NCBI GenBank assembly: GCA_026391795.1
Contig: JAPLDI010000015.1
Location: 68,557 to 132,556, forward strand
Origin: Bacteroidota bacterium
Lineage (GTDB): Bacteria; Bacteroidota; Bacteroidia; Bacteroidales; FEN-979
Direction of reading: 5' to 3'
DNA length: 64,000 nucleotides
Shown here: positions 35,735 to 45,032 of the stretch, one piece after another
Layout: each line of letters opens with the position of its first letter
How positions within the stretch are numbered: position 1 is the first letter of the stretch
Position numbers and translations under genes: made by a program
Notes under the pieces: model-generated
The model's input: the letters and a program-made list of their open reading frames with translations, nothing else
The model's database searches: none
What the model was told of the DNA's origin: nothing

Positions 35735-37480
35735 TTAGAATTTCCAGGATTCTGTTATATCCCAGTTGGCGCGAACTTCGATGATCTTATCGAAATACTG
35801 AACTTTTTCTGGCTGAAGTTTTGTTGAATACCTGCCGGTATCCCAATGGCCATTGCGGTTGTGGTCAAAAATGACTTTGATTTTATATTTAGCGGGGAAG
35901 AGGTATTCAAATTTTACTTTTCCTGAGGATGTAATATTTTTCTGTTCCAGTACATTCTCTTTTTCGGAGAGGAGCTGCACAATGTAATTCCCTGATGGAT
36001 TATCAACCGTGATGTCCATTTCAATGGACCCGAAATCCCTTACCGAATAGGTTTTAAATGAAATCAGGACCGAGTCGTTCGACTGGCCGTTTATGGCGTG
36101 AAAGATTGAATCGGGGACAATAAGTTTGTACGGGTGCTCTTCTTTCCATTTGTAAGAGACGTTGAGTTTTCTTTTTATTGTATCTGCAAAAACCACCTTT
36201 GGTTTGACCGTATCCTTGCCGTCAACCAGCCGAATCCGGCTAAGGTCCTGGCCTGACAGGGGATAGGCAGAAATGATCAAGGGGTCCGTGGTGAACTGAT
36301 TCAGCCGTGAAGAAGGCATATTCGTGGAAATCTGCAGCTTTGGTAAAACCACGGCGCCTTTCTCCCCCTTACTTTTCTTAGGGTTCTTTTTTCTAAGGTC
36401 GATCCTTGCCGTATCAATGATCTTATCCTTAGCCGAGAGACGAAGAACCAGCGAATCTTTCCTGACGCTCCTTAACCATAGAAAGACAGAATCTTTGCCG
36501 GCGTTGAATTCGGGTATCATCCAGCCTGTATTGTCGGGGATGTTCAGAGGGATAAACTCCGGTTTTACAGCCGGAAAACGATAGATGATCCCGACCTGGC
36601 CCGGTGATACCATATCGGCCTTCACGATCTTCTGAACAGAGTCGGATTCTTCAAACATAAGAAGGGTATTCATCGGAACCATTTCTTTATTCCGGATTGC
36701 CGTATCTTTTTTCGGCCGGATCGTGTCATGTTTTACAATCGAATCTTTTTTCAGCAGTTCGGGCGATGGTGGTTTGATATAGATTCCCTTTACGAGACTG
36801 TCACGGAATGCCACTTTTTCTCCGGGGGGATTAAAGATGTAGTCTCCGTTAAGGTCCTTCAGGGCGAATAACAGGAGGGGTACATCCCGAAGGTTCCGGA
36901 AGGTGAATTCACCTTTCTCGTCGGCTTTTGCAATGTAATAGGGCTTTACGTGAAACGGAAGCGAGTCGAGCGGCAGGGTATCATTTTCGTTAATGTAGAG
37001 CATCGCAACAACATCTTTCTGCGGGGTCAGGTCGAACGCACTAAGAATCCTTCCTGAAAGTGTCAGGGAGTCAATATAGGTCCCGGTCGAAAAGGTGTAG
37101 ATGAAATCCTTCAGAACATTGTTCTCGGTTAGATCTGAGATTGAATTTCCGAAGTTTATGGAATAAGTCGTATTTGTTTTAAGTGTGTCTTTAAGGTCAA
37201 TAACGATCGATTTTCCCCGCAACCGGATATCGGTATGAGGCAGGAGAGGCGGGGCGATAGTGATCTGGTTATTCTGGTCTTTCAGCTGGATGTACTCGTT
37301 GAAGGTAATCCGGATATCTTTATTGTGAAAATTTATGGTTGCGACGGGTGGTTCACTTTTGAGGACTTTGGGCGGTGTAATATCTTTCGGACCTCCTTCC
37401 GGTGTGACCGGGTTGGCACAATGGCACAGGAAGATCAGGAAAATCAGACTGGGAAGAAAAAAACATTTTGACCGGATCAC
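35735..37480 (-). CDS. Ig-like (SbsA/Big_5-type) domain lipoprotein, function unknown
   Basis: 581 aa. N-terminal hydrophobic signal with Cys (LIFLCHC), then a PPKVLKSEPP...INF..KDIRITFNEYI segment typical of Big_5 Ig-like domains. GTG start with no in-frame ATG. Confidence 0.6.
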   Translation of the reverse strand: MIRSKCFFLPSLIFLIFLCHCANPVTPEGGPKDITPPKVLKSEPPVATINFHNKDIRITFNEYIQLKDQNNQITIAPPLLPHTDIRLRGKSIVIDLKDTLKTNTTYSINFGNSISDLTENNVLKDFIYTFSTGTYIDSLTLSGRILSAFDLTPQKDVVAMLYINENDTLPLDSLPFHVKPYYIAKADEKGEFTFRNLRDVPLLLFALKDLNGDYIFNPPGEKVAFRDSLVKGIYIKPPSPELLKKDSIVKHDTIRPKKDTAIRNKEMVPMNTLLMFEESDSVQKIVKADMVSPGQVGIIYRFPAVKPEFIPLNIPDNTGWMIPEFNAGKDSVFLWLRSVRKDSLVLRLSAKDKIIDTARIDLRKKNPKKSKGEKGAVVLPKLQISTNMPSSRLNQFTTDPLIISAYPLSGQDLSRIRLVDGKDTVKPKVVFADTIKRKLNVSYKWKEEHPYKLIVPDSIFHAINGQSNDSVLISFKTYSVRDFGSIEMDITVDNPSGNYIVQLLSEKENVLEQKNITSSGKVKFEYLFPAKYKIKVIFDHNRNGHWDTGRYSTKLQPEKVQYFDKIIEVRANWDITESWKF

Positions 37481-37619
37481 CTTGACAGGATTTGGTTTTA
37501 CTGAATACCCGGACCAAATTTACCAATGGTTTTTATATAAATAAGCCAATTTTTATTATTTTTACACAGAAAATTAGTAGCAATCACGAGAATTCAGGTA
37601 ACAACCAATCACAACTTTT

Positions 37620-38360
37620 ATGTCAGGGCATAATAAATGGTCAACCATTAAACGAAAAAAAGGAGCCTTGGATGCAAAGCGATCCAAGATCTTTTCGAAA
37701 ATTATTAAGGATATTACAATTTCCGTCAAGGAAAGCGGCCCTGACCCTGAACACAACCCGCGTCTGCGGCTTGCCATCGCTAATGCCAAAGGTTCGAGCA
37801 TGCCGAAAGAGACGATTCAGCGGGCAATAAACAAAGGAGCGGATAAAGATTCTGCCGCCCTGATGGAAACGACCTATGAAGGCAAAGGTCCTCATGGTGT
37901 TGCCATTTTTGTAGATGCTACTACGGATAACTTACAGCGTACGGTAAGTAATGTAAGGGCCTATTTTAACAAACACGGTGGAGAACTCGGAAAAAATGGT
38001 TCTCTTAATTATCTGTTTGACAGGAAAGGGATTTTTGTTGTACCCAAAGGTGAACTGAACCCGGAAGAGTTTGAGATGGAGGTCATCGATGCAGGAGCCG
38101 AGGATATCGTGCTTGAAGACGATGTTTTTACCGTTACAACTGCGATGGAGGACTTTGGTAACATGATGAAGAAACTTGAGCAATTGAAAATAGAACCTGA
38201 AAGTGCTTCCTTACAGCGTATTCCCAAGACCACGGAGACGCTTGATACCGAATCGGCAAGAAAAGTATTAAAATTAGTCGATATCATAGAAGAGGATGAA
38301 GATGTTCAGAATGTTTACCACAACCTTACCCTGACGGATGAACTGATGGAAGAGTTATAA
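37620..38360 (+). CDS. yebC: YebC/PmpR family DNA-binding regulator
   Basis: MSGHNKWSTIKRKKGALDAKRSKIFSK... is the canonical N-terminus. 246 aa. Confidence 0.93.
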   Translation: MSGHNKWSTIKRKKGALDAKRSKIFSKIIKDITISVKESGPDPEHNPRLRLAIANAKGSSMPKETIQRAINKGADKDSAALMETTYEGKGPHGVAIFVDATTDNLQRTVSNVRAYFNKHGGELGKNGSLNYLFDRKGIFVVPKGELNPEEFEMEVIDAGAEDIVLEDDVFTVTTAMEDFGNMMKKLEQLKIEPESASLQRIPKTTETLDTESARKVLKLVDIIEEDEDVQNVYHNLTLTDELMEEL

Positions 38361-38373
38361 TCCATACACCGGA

Positions 38374-38416
38374 GAAAAAAAAGAGGCTGATCCGTAAGGA
38401 TCAGCCTCTTTTTTTG
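38374..38416. terminator. bidirectional terminator between convergent yebC and the response regulator gene
   Basis: A8-AGAGGCTGATCC-gtaa-GGATCAGCCTCT-T7. It is a perfect 12-bp stem with U-tracts on both strands. Confidence 0.88.
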
Positions 38417-38425
38417 AAGTCTTCT

Positions 38426-39397
38426 TCAGACATTGCAGATGAATTGAATCAGGTTTACCCCCTTTGGAAGGGAGAGCTTTTTACGGAGCCGGATGCGGGA
38501 GATTTCTGTACTGGGGGCTGTGATCTTCAGAATCTGCGATATTTCCTTTGTGGCAAGGTTCATCCGCAGCAGCGCACAGAGTTTATGGTCGTTAGGCGTA
38601 AGGTTAGGGAACTTCTCTCGTAACCTTTCGAAATACCCGGGATATATCTTTTCAAAATGAGCCTTGATCCGGTACCAGTCGTTCTCAAATTTTACATTCT
38701 CATCAACGGTTTTCAGGGTTCCGATCAGATCGGCTTTCGTAATGGTTTTTCCTTTCCTGATAAAGCGGTTCACGTCTTTCCGGATCAGCGCGATGATCTT
38801 GTTCTTCTGTGAAATGAAGGTGGCAGAAGTGGCCAGTTCGCGGTTGATTAAATCCATTTCCATCAGATGCTTCTGTTTCAGGAGCTGGTTTGCTTTATGT
38901 TCCGCCTTGATCTTTTCCTGCAACCGCGACTCATTTTCTTTTTCTGCCCTGATCCGCCGGTCAACCTCACTTTTGAGATCGGCGATGACTTTCGCATGCG
39001 ACATTTCAAGGGTAAACTGGTAATAGGCTAATTCAATGGTCATTCTCAGCTGTTCAATATCGACCGGTTTTAGAACATAAGCATAAGGTTTGACCGCAAT
39101 AGATTTATTGAAGGTTACCCTATTGTTCATGACGGTGAGAAAGATGATCCCGCAAGGGTATTTTTCCGTCAGAATCCTTGCCGTTTCGATTCCGTCCATT
39201 TTTCCGGCAAGTTTAATATCCATCAGAACGATATCCGGGCGGATCTTCCGTTTCTCAAGTGCCTGGAAAATTGGAAGAACCTTTTCTCCTTTTCCTTCCA
39301 TACCCAGCACCTCATATCCACAATCTGTAAGTTGGTTTTTCAGATCATTGGCAATGATCATCTCATCTTCAACAATGAACAATTTTATTTTTCCCAT
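38426..39397 (-). CDS. orphan response regulator: REC - coiled coil - LuxR-like HTH
   Basis: REC motifs (FIVEDE, IVLMDIKL phospho-Asp, KP). A charged heptad-like middle of about 90 aa. C-terminal LTPNDHKLCALLRMNLATKEISQILKITAPSTEISRIRLRKKL. Confidence 0.8.
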   Translation of the reverse strand: MGKIKLFIVEDEMIIANDLKNQLTDCGYEVLGMEGKGEKVLPIFQALEKRKIRPDIVLMDIKLAGKMDGIETARILTEKYPCGIIFLTVMNNRVTFNKSIAVKPYAYVLKPVDIEQLRMTIELAYYQFTLEMSHAKVIADLKSEVDRRIRAEKENESRLQEKIKAEHKANQLLKQKHLMEMDLINRELATSATFISQKNKIIALIRKDVNRFIRKGKTITKADLIGTLKTVDENVKFENDWYRIKAHFEKIYPGYFERLREKFPNLTPNDHKLCALLRMNLATKEISQILKITAPSTEISRIRLRKKLSLPKGVNLIQFICNV

Positions 39398-39450
39398 GTT
39401 ATTCTGTTTTGATACTAAAAAGAGAAGACCCTGGTTTCCCGCCGGATCTG

Positions 39451-40668
39451 TCAGAATTTCAGATCAGAATCCGTTACGATATTATAGGTATCAATGGCAA
39501 TTACCAGTTCCTCGTTTGTAGGCATCACCATAACAACAACTTTTGAACCCGGACGGGTAACGATTAATTCCTTCCCGCGTTGCAAAGAATTCCGTTCATT
39601 ATCGTAATCGATGCCCATAAATTCAAGTCCTTCAAGGATCTTGCGGCGGGTTTCGATGTCGTTTTCGCCGATCCCCCCGGCCAGTACAATAAGATCAACT
39701 CCTCCCATTGCAGCCGCATAGGCCCCGATGTATTTTTTAACCCGGTAAGCAAACATATCCAATGCAAGACGACAGCGGACATTTCCTTTTTCGGCAGCAG
39801 TTTCGACATCGCGCATATCGTAAGAGATTCCTGAAATTCCCAAAACCCCGCTTTTCTTGTTGAAGAGGTTATTCGTTTCTTTCATGCTCAGGTTATCCTT
39901 TTCTGCCAGGTAAAGCAGAACCCCAATGTCAAGATCACCACACCTTGTACCCATCATGAGTCCTTCCACAGGAGTAAACCCCATCGAGGTGTCGATCGAC
40001 TGTCCTTTCTTGATCGCAGCCACTGAGGATCCGTTACCCAGATGACAGGTGATGATGTTGATGTTGTAAAAATCCCTGCCCAGATAACGACAAGCTTTCT
40101 GGCTGACAAATTTATGAGATGTGCCGTGAAAGCCATATCTTCTTATTTTATACTTTTCATAAAGTTCATAAGGAATCGGGTAAAGATAGGAATGAGGTGG
40201 CATGGTTTGATGGAAGGAGGTATCGAAAACGGCCACCTGCGGAACATGAGGCAGAATGGCCTCAATCGATAAAATTCCTTTGAGATTGGCAGGATTGTGC
40301 AGGGGGGCCATCTCAATGCATTTTTCAATATCTTTTTTAACGTTGGGTGTGATTCTGACACTGGTTTTGAAGTTCTCTCCTCCGTGTGCAACCCGGTGCC
40401 CGACGGCAGCGATTTCACCTTCATCCTTGATGACGCCGACTTCAGGGTCTTTCAGGGTTCTGAGTATAAGGTTAATTCCAACCTGGTGGTCGGGAACGAA
40501 CTGGGTGGTCTGATACTTGTCTTTTCCCGGGACCTGGTGGGTAAGCAGGCTGCTTTCCAGTCCGATCCTGTCCAATAAACCTTTGGCAAGCAGTTCGTAT
40601 TCCTTGCTCATATCAATGAGCTGGTACTTGATGGAAGAGCTTCCGCAATTCAATACTAAGATTTTCAT
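39451..40668 (-). CDS. ackA: acetate kinase
   Basis: MKILVLNCGSSSIKYQL, VGHRVAHGG, GFHGTSH, and a GGIGEN-type C-terminal motif. Confidence 0.95.
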   Translation of the reverse strand: MKILVLNCGSSSIKYQLIDMSKEYELLAKGLLDRIGLESSLLTHQVPGKDKYQTTQFVPDHQVGINLILRTLKDPEVGVIKDEGEIAAVGHRVAHGGENFKTSVRITPNVKKDIEKCIEMAPLHNPANLKGILSIEAILPHVPQVAVFDTSFHQTMPPHSYLYPIPYELYEKYKIRRYGFHGTSHKFVSQKACRYLGRDFYNINIITCHLGNGSSVAAIKKGQSIDTSMGFTPVEGLMMGTRCGDLDIGVLLYLAEKDNLSMKETNNLFNKKSGVLGISGISYDMRDVETAAEKGNVRCRLALDMFAYRVKKYIGAYAAAMGGVDLIVLAGGIGENDIETRRKILEGLEFMGIDYDNERNSLQRGKELIVTRPGSKVVVMVMPTNEELVIAIDTYNIVTDSDLKF

Positions 40669-40943
40669 AGCTTCTATAGGATCAGTTAGTTATTATGTTG
40701 AGTGATGGATTTAGCTCTATGGTCAGAAACCCGTTTATCAGGGCTTACAAATGTAGAAAAATTGGGGGTTGAATCCAAGTCCGGCAATAAAAATAATTTG
40801 TCATCCGTATTGAAGGAAAAGCATATCCGCAACTGCAGAATTGGGTCTTGCCCAAACCGGAAAGTTGAGTCAGATGAAGGTCGCAAAATTATCTGGAATC
40901 AATCAAAATATGACCCGGGCGAACCATGAGCCGCCATATATTG

Positions 40944-40951
40944 TATTTTTG
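40944..40951 (+). promoter_or_regulatory. Bacteroidota -7 box TATTTTTG upstream of the GH3-family gene
   Basis: Matches TAnnTTTG, 22 nt before the ATG at 40974. Confidence 0.35.
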
Positions 40952-40973
40952 ATTCCCGATCACAATCTTTCCA

Positions 40974-42497
40974 ATGGCAATTATAAATTCTGTTATCTCC
41001 TGGGTGATGAAGCAGAGGATCCATCAAATGGAACTCTTCATGAAGTATCCGCATGAGGTGCAACTTGACTGGTTCAGCCAGTTGCTGAGCCAGGCGAAAA
41101 ATACCGAATGGGGTCGTACCTATGATTATAAATCGATCACCCGGCCGGAAGAATTCAAGTCCAGGGTTCCGATCAGCGACTATGAAACAATGAAACCCTG
41201 TATTGAAAGGTTGCGGAAGGGGGAGCAGAATATCTTATGGCCTTCGGAGATTAAATGGTTCGCCAAGTCGTCGGGGACGACATCGGATAAAAGCAAATTC
41301 ATTCCGGTAAGTGAAGAATCTCTTGAGGAATGTCATTTTAAAGGTGGGAAAGACCTGCTGTCGATCTACTGCAACAACCATCCCGATACGCTGCTCTTTG
41401 ACGGAAAAGGCATTGCCATGGGAGGCAGCCGGCAGGTCAATGAGATCAATAATGACTCATTCTATTATGAAGGAGATCTCTCGGCGATCCTCATCCAGAA
41501 TCTGCCATTCTGGATCGAATTCCGGCGAACTCCAAATCTTTCCATCGCCCTGATGGATGAATGGGAGCACAAGATCGAGAAAATTGCCAGGGCCACCATC
41601 AGCCACGACGTCACCAATGCATCGGGCGTTCCATCCTGGACCCTCCTGTTGTTTCGAAGAGTGCTGGATATTACCGGGAAACAGAACCTTCTTGAAGTGT
41701 GGCCAAGATTTGAGTTGTTTATTCACGGCGGGGTTAATTTTGTTCCTTACCGGGAGCAGTTCAATCAACTTCTGCCTTCGCCTAAAGTCACTTACCTGGA
41801 AACCTACAATGCCTCGGAAGGATTTTTCGGGATCCAGGACCGTGACCGTGCCGATGATATGCTGCTGATGCTGGATTACGGAATTTATTATGAATTTCTG
41901 CCCATGGATCAGCTGGGGTTGGAACACCCCGACACCATTTCCCTGGAAGAAGTGAAAACAGATGTGAATTATGCAATGATTATTTCGACGAATGCAGGTT
42001 TATGGAGATATCTTATCGGTGACACGATCATGTTCACAACGTTGAATCCTTACAGGATCAAAATATCCGGGCGGACACGGAACTTTATCAATGCTTTCGG
42101 AGAGGAGGTGATCATGGACAACGCTGAAAAAGCCCTGGCGGTTGCCTGTGAAAAATGCCAGGCCATCGTCGCAGAATATACTGCCGGTCCGGTTTATTTT
42201 AACAAAACTGACAGGGGAGCTCATGAATGGCTAATCGAATTTGAGCAGGCACCTGCCGATCTCGGCTTCTTCATCAATACCCTCGACAATGCCCTGAAAT
42301 CATTGAATTCGGATTATGAGGCCAAAAGGTACCATGATCTGGTTCTGGGTGAGCCCATCATCCGGGTGATGCCTAAAAATACGTTCTATTGCTGGCTGAA
42401 ATCCAAAGGGAAGCTGGGCGGACAGCATAAAGTTCCGAGGCTGTCGAACGACAGGAAGTACCTGGACGAAATATTAGAAATGCAGAACCCTGTGTGA
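40974..42497 (+). CDS. GH3 (auxin-responsive promoter) family adenylating enzyme homologue
   Basis: 507 aa. N-terminus ...MKQRIHQMELFMKYPHEVQ, SSGTTSDKSKFIP AMP-binding-like motif, and YNASEGFFG. This is the pattern of bacterial GH3-family proteins common in Bacteroidota. Confidence 0.8.
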   Translation: MAIINSVISWVMKQRIHQMELFMKYPHEVQLDWFSQLLSQAKNTEWGRTYDYKSITRPEEFKSRVPISDYETMKPCIERLRKGEQNILWPSEIKWFAKSSGTTSDKSKFIPVSEESLEECHFKGGKDLLSIYCNNHPDTLLFDGKGIAMGGSRQVNEINNDSFYYEGDLSAILIQNLPFWIEFRRTPNLSIALMDEWEHKIEKIARATISHDVTNASGVPSWTLLLFRRVLDITGKQNLLEVWPRFELFIHGGVNFVPYREQFNQLLPSPKVTYLETYNASEGFFGIQDRDRADDMLLMLDYGIYYEFLPMDQLGLEHPDTISLEEVKTDVNYAMIISTNAGLWRYLIGDTIMFTTLNPYRIKISGRTRNFINAFGEEVIMDNAEKALAVACEKCQAIVAEYTAGPVYFNKTDRGAHEWLIEFEQAPADLGFFINTLDNALKSLNSDYEAKRYHDLVLGEPIIRVMPKNTFYCWLKSKGKLGGQHKVPRLSNDRKYLDEILEMQNPV

Positions 42498-42541
42498 ATA
42501 AGTTCTTATTAACAATTCTGCTGCCGTGTAACTTTTTTCTG

Positions 42542-42549
42542 TATGTTTG
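42542..42549 (+). promoter_or_regulatory. Bacteroidota -7 box TATGTTTG upstream of the deoxynucleoside kinase gene
   Basis: Matches TAnnTTTG, 22 nt before the ATG at 42572. Confidence 0.35.
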
Positions 42550-42571
42550 AAATGTAATAGAAATCTGAATT

Positions 42572-43186
42572 ATGCATATTGCGATCGCTGGAAATATCGG
42601 ATCCGGGAAGACTACGCTGACCGGACTGCTGGCCAAACAGTTTGGTTGGTTGCCCCATTATGAAGATGTGGATACCAATCCCTATCTGAACAGTTTTTAT
42701 GAAGACATGCAACGATGGTCGTTCAACCTCCAGATCTATTTTCTGAATTCACGGTTCCGCCAGGTTGTTGAAATCAGGAGATCAGGGTCCACGGTGGTGC
42801 AGGACCGTACGATCTACGAAGATGCTCACATCTTCGCGCCAAACCTGCATTCGATGAACCTGATGAGTACGCGTGATTTTGAGAATTATTCATCGCTTTT
42901 TTCCCTGATGAGTTCCTTTATCCAGGCTCCTGATCTGCTCATATACCTGCGTGCAAGTGTCCCTACCCTTGTAAACCAGATCCAGAAACGGGGACGGGAT
43001 TATGAGAACGCCATCCGGCTCGATTACCTGAAAGGACTGAATGAACGGTATGAGAACTGGATCTCGGGATATGACCTGGGAAAATTGCTGATCATCGAAG
43101 TTGACAACATGAACATTGCCGAGAACCCTGAGCATCTTGGCAACGTTATCGAACGCATCAACGCGGAATTACACGGACTTTTTTAA
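42572..43186 (+). CDS. deoxynucleoside kinase
   Basis: P-loop IAIAGNIGSGKTTL, an ERS/DR(T)IYED-type motif, and about 204 aa. Confidence 0.88.
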   Translation: MHIAIAGNIGSGKTTLTGLLAKQFGWLPHYEDVDTNPYLNSFYEDMQRWSFNLQIYFLNSRFRQVVEIRRSGSTVVQDRTIYEDAHIFAPNLHSMNLMSTRDFENYSSLFSLMSSFIQAPDLLIYLRASVPTLVNQIQKRGRDYENAIRLDYLKGLNERYENWISGYDLGKLLIIEVDNMNIAENPEHLGNVIERINAELHGLF

Positions 43187-43190
43187 TCGC

Positions 43191-43934
43191 ATGAAGATAC
43201 TCGGAGTGATACCGGCCCGGTACGGCTCCAGCCGCTTTCCGGGAAAACCGCTTGCGGATATACAGGGGAAACCAATGATTCGGAGAGTTTATGAACAGGC
43301 AAAAAAATGCCGGTTACTCGACGATCTGATCATTGCTACAGATGATGAAAGGATTGTTTCCTGTGTCCGTTCCTTTGACGGGAATGTGATGATGACTCCG
43401 GAAACTCTGACCAGCGGTACCGAAAGGTGCGATTTTGTTGTCAGGAATATTCGCGGGGGATCCGGTTTTGATGTGGTCATCAATATCCAGGGCGATGAAC
43501 CTTTCATAAATCCGCTCCAGATCTCTCAGCTTGCCGGATGTTTCCTTTCGGGGGATGTGGTCATCGGTACACTGGTAAAAAAGATCACCCGGCAGGATGA
43601 ACTCTTCGATCCGAATGTCGTAAAGGTCGTTTTTGATGATCATTTCAAAGCACTTTACTTCAGCCGGCATCCCATTCCATTTCTTCGTGGAGTTGAACAG
43701 GCAGACTGGCTGAAACATGCCGGGTTCTTTAAACATATCGGGATCTATGGTTACCGGACCCGGACCCTGGAAACCATCACACAACTTCCAGGTTCCATGC
43801 TTGAAAAAGCAGAATCGCTGGAACAACTCCGATGGCTTGGGAATGGCTATCCCATTCATGTAAAAGAAACTGATTATGAAAGTGTTGCCATTGATACCCC
43901 CGGCGATTTATTAAAAATTACGAACATTTCCTGA
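43191..43934 (+). CDS. kdsB: 3-deoxy-manno-octulosonate cytidylyltransferase
   Basis: MKILGVIPARYGSSRFPGKPL, NIQGDEP. ATG at 43191 is preferred over the track start at 43116, which overlaps the kinase gene. Confidence 0.92.
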   Translation: MKILGVIPARYGSSRFPGKPLADIQGKPMIRRVYEQAKKCRLLDDLIIATDDERIVSCVRSFDGNVMMTPETLTSGTERCDFVVRNIRGGSGFDVVINIQGDEPFINPLQISQLAGCFLSGDVVIGTLVKKITRQDELFDPNVVKVVFDDHFKALYFSRHPIPFLRGVEQADWLKHAGFFKHIGIYGYRTRTLETITQLPGSMLEKAESLEQLRWLGNGYPIHVKETDYESVAIDTPGDLLKITNIS

Positions 43935-44007
43935 CAAGGGATACCTGTTTTTCATACCTTAGCAGTTCCGTGGGAGGTCTGACTTTCCCGGTTTTATTCA
44001 TAAAAGA

Positions 44008-45024
44008 ATGAAAACCAACATTGTAAAATATATAACTGAATTGTTGTACCGGCATGATTGTGTGATCGTTCCCGGTTTCGGCGGTTTTATCGGGAATTAT
44101 TCCCCTGCTGCAATCAACCCGGTATATCATACGTTTTTCCCTCCCTATAAATCCCTTCTTTTTAATATCCATCTGAAACAGAATGATGGTTTACTGGCTT
44201 CATGGATATCGCAAGCCGAACAGATTCCCTATCAGGATGCCATGGAACTGATCCGTGAGATGCTGGCCGACTGGAATTTTAAACTGGAAAACGGAGAGGA
44301 ACTGATCATTGAAAGAGTGGGAAAGATCGTCAAAGAATCCGACGGTATTTTTCAGTTTGAACAGGATCTTTCCATTAACTACCTCCCTGATTCATTTGGG
44401 CTAAGTACCCTGGTTTCACCGGCGATCCGGCGGCCCGGCATCCAGGAAAAAATGGAGAAAAAGCTCGACCGGTATATTCATGATCCTTCAGGAAGACCTG
44501 GGAAACTGACCCGTACACTGAAATGGGCAGCCATCCTGGCACTTCCGCTGGGAGTTGCGGTTTACTTCAGCATTACAAATATGGATCAGATCCGGAGTCT
44601 GCATGAAAATTATTCCGGGTTCCTCTTCTCTAATTCCAGCCATGCAAAAACCGCCGTCAAATCTTCAAAGGTTATTCATCCTTCCGTAATACCGGAAAAC
44701 TCCACTCAGAAAAGTACCAAAATACAGGCTACCTCCAATGTCATGGTGACTCCTGCAACAACCCCTGTTGTCACGAAAAAACCGGATGCCTCTGCAAAGA
44801 ATGGGCATGCCATTATTGTTGGCGCATTCCGGTTCCGGGAAAATGCCGATAACCTTGTTGCAAAACTGAAACAGGAAGGATATGATGCTGGGATCTTTGA
44901 CATCACAACCACGGGACTATTCAGGGTCACGGTCGGGACCTACGCGAGCCGGGAAGAAGCAATAGCGCAACTTGCTGTGATCCGCTCCGGCAGTTACTCC
45001 TCTGCCTGGTTGCTGTCCAAATAA
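44008..45024 (+). CDS. HU-CCDC81-like N-terminal domains plus C-terminal SPOR domain protein
   Basis: N-terminus LLYRHDCVIVPGFGGFIGNY and a second (ERVGKI...) unit resemble bacterial HU-CCDC81 modules. There is a TM segment mid-protein. The C-terminal HAIIVGAFRFRENADNLVAKLKQEGY...FRVTVGTYASREEA is a SPOR domain. Confidence 0.75.
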   Translation: MKTNIVKYITELLYRHDCVIVPGFGGFIGNYSPAAINPVYHTFFPPYKSLLFNIHLKQNDGLLASWISQAEQIPYQDAMELIREMLADWNFKLENGEELIIERVGKIVKESDGIFQFEQDLSINYLPDSFGLSTLVSPAIRRPGIQEKMEKKLDRYIHDPSGRPGKLTRTLKWAAILALPLGVAVYFSITNMDQIRSLHENYSGFLFSNSSHAKTAVKSSKVIHPSVIPENSTQKSTKIQATSNVMVTPATTPVVTKKPDASAKNGHAIIVGAFRFRENADNLVAKLKQEGYDAGIFDITTTGLFRVTVGTYASREEAIAQLAVIRSGSYSSAWLLSK

Positions 45025-45032
45025 GACCTGAT

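Noticed and set aside
40686-41056. Small ORFs of 66-75 aa (40702-40929 +, 40686-40886 -, 40841-41056 +) in the ackA/GH3 spacer.
   Set aside because: They overlap one another in different frames, have odd composition and no motifs, and one runs into the GH3 gene out of frame. They are treated as non-coding.
43116-43190. N-terminal extension of kdsB in the ORF track that overlaps the deoxynucleoside kinase gene by 71 nt.
   Set aside because: KdsB homology begins exactly at MKILGVIPARYGSSRF (ATG at 43191). The extension has no homology-like sequence.
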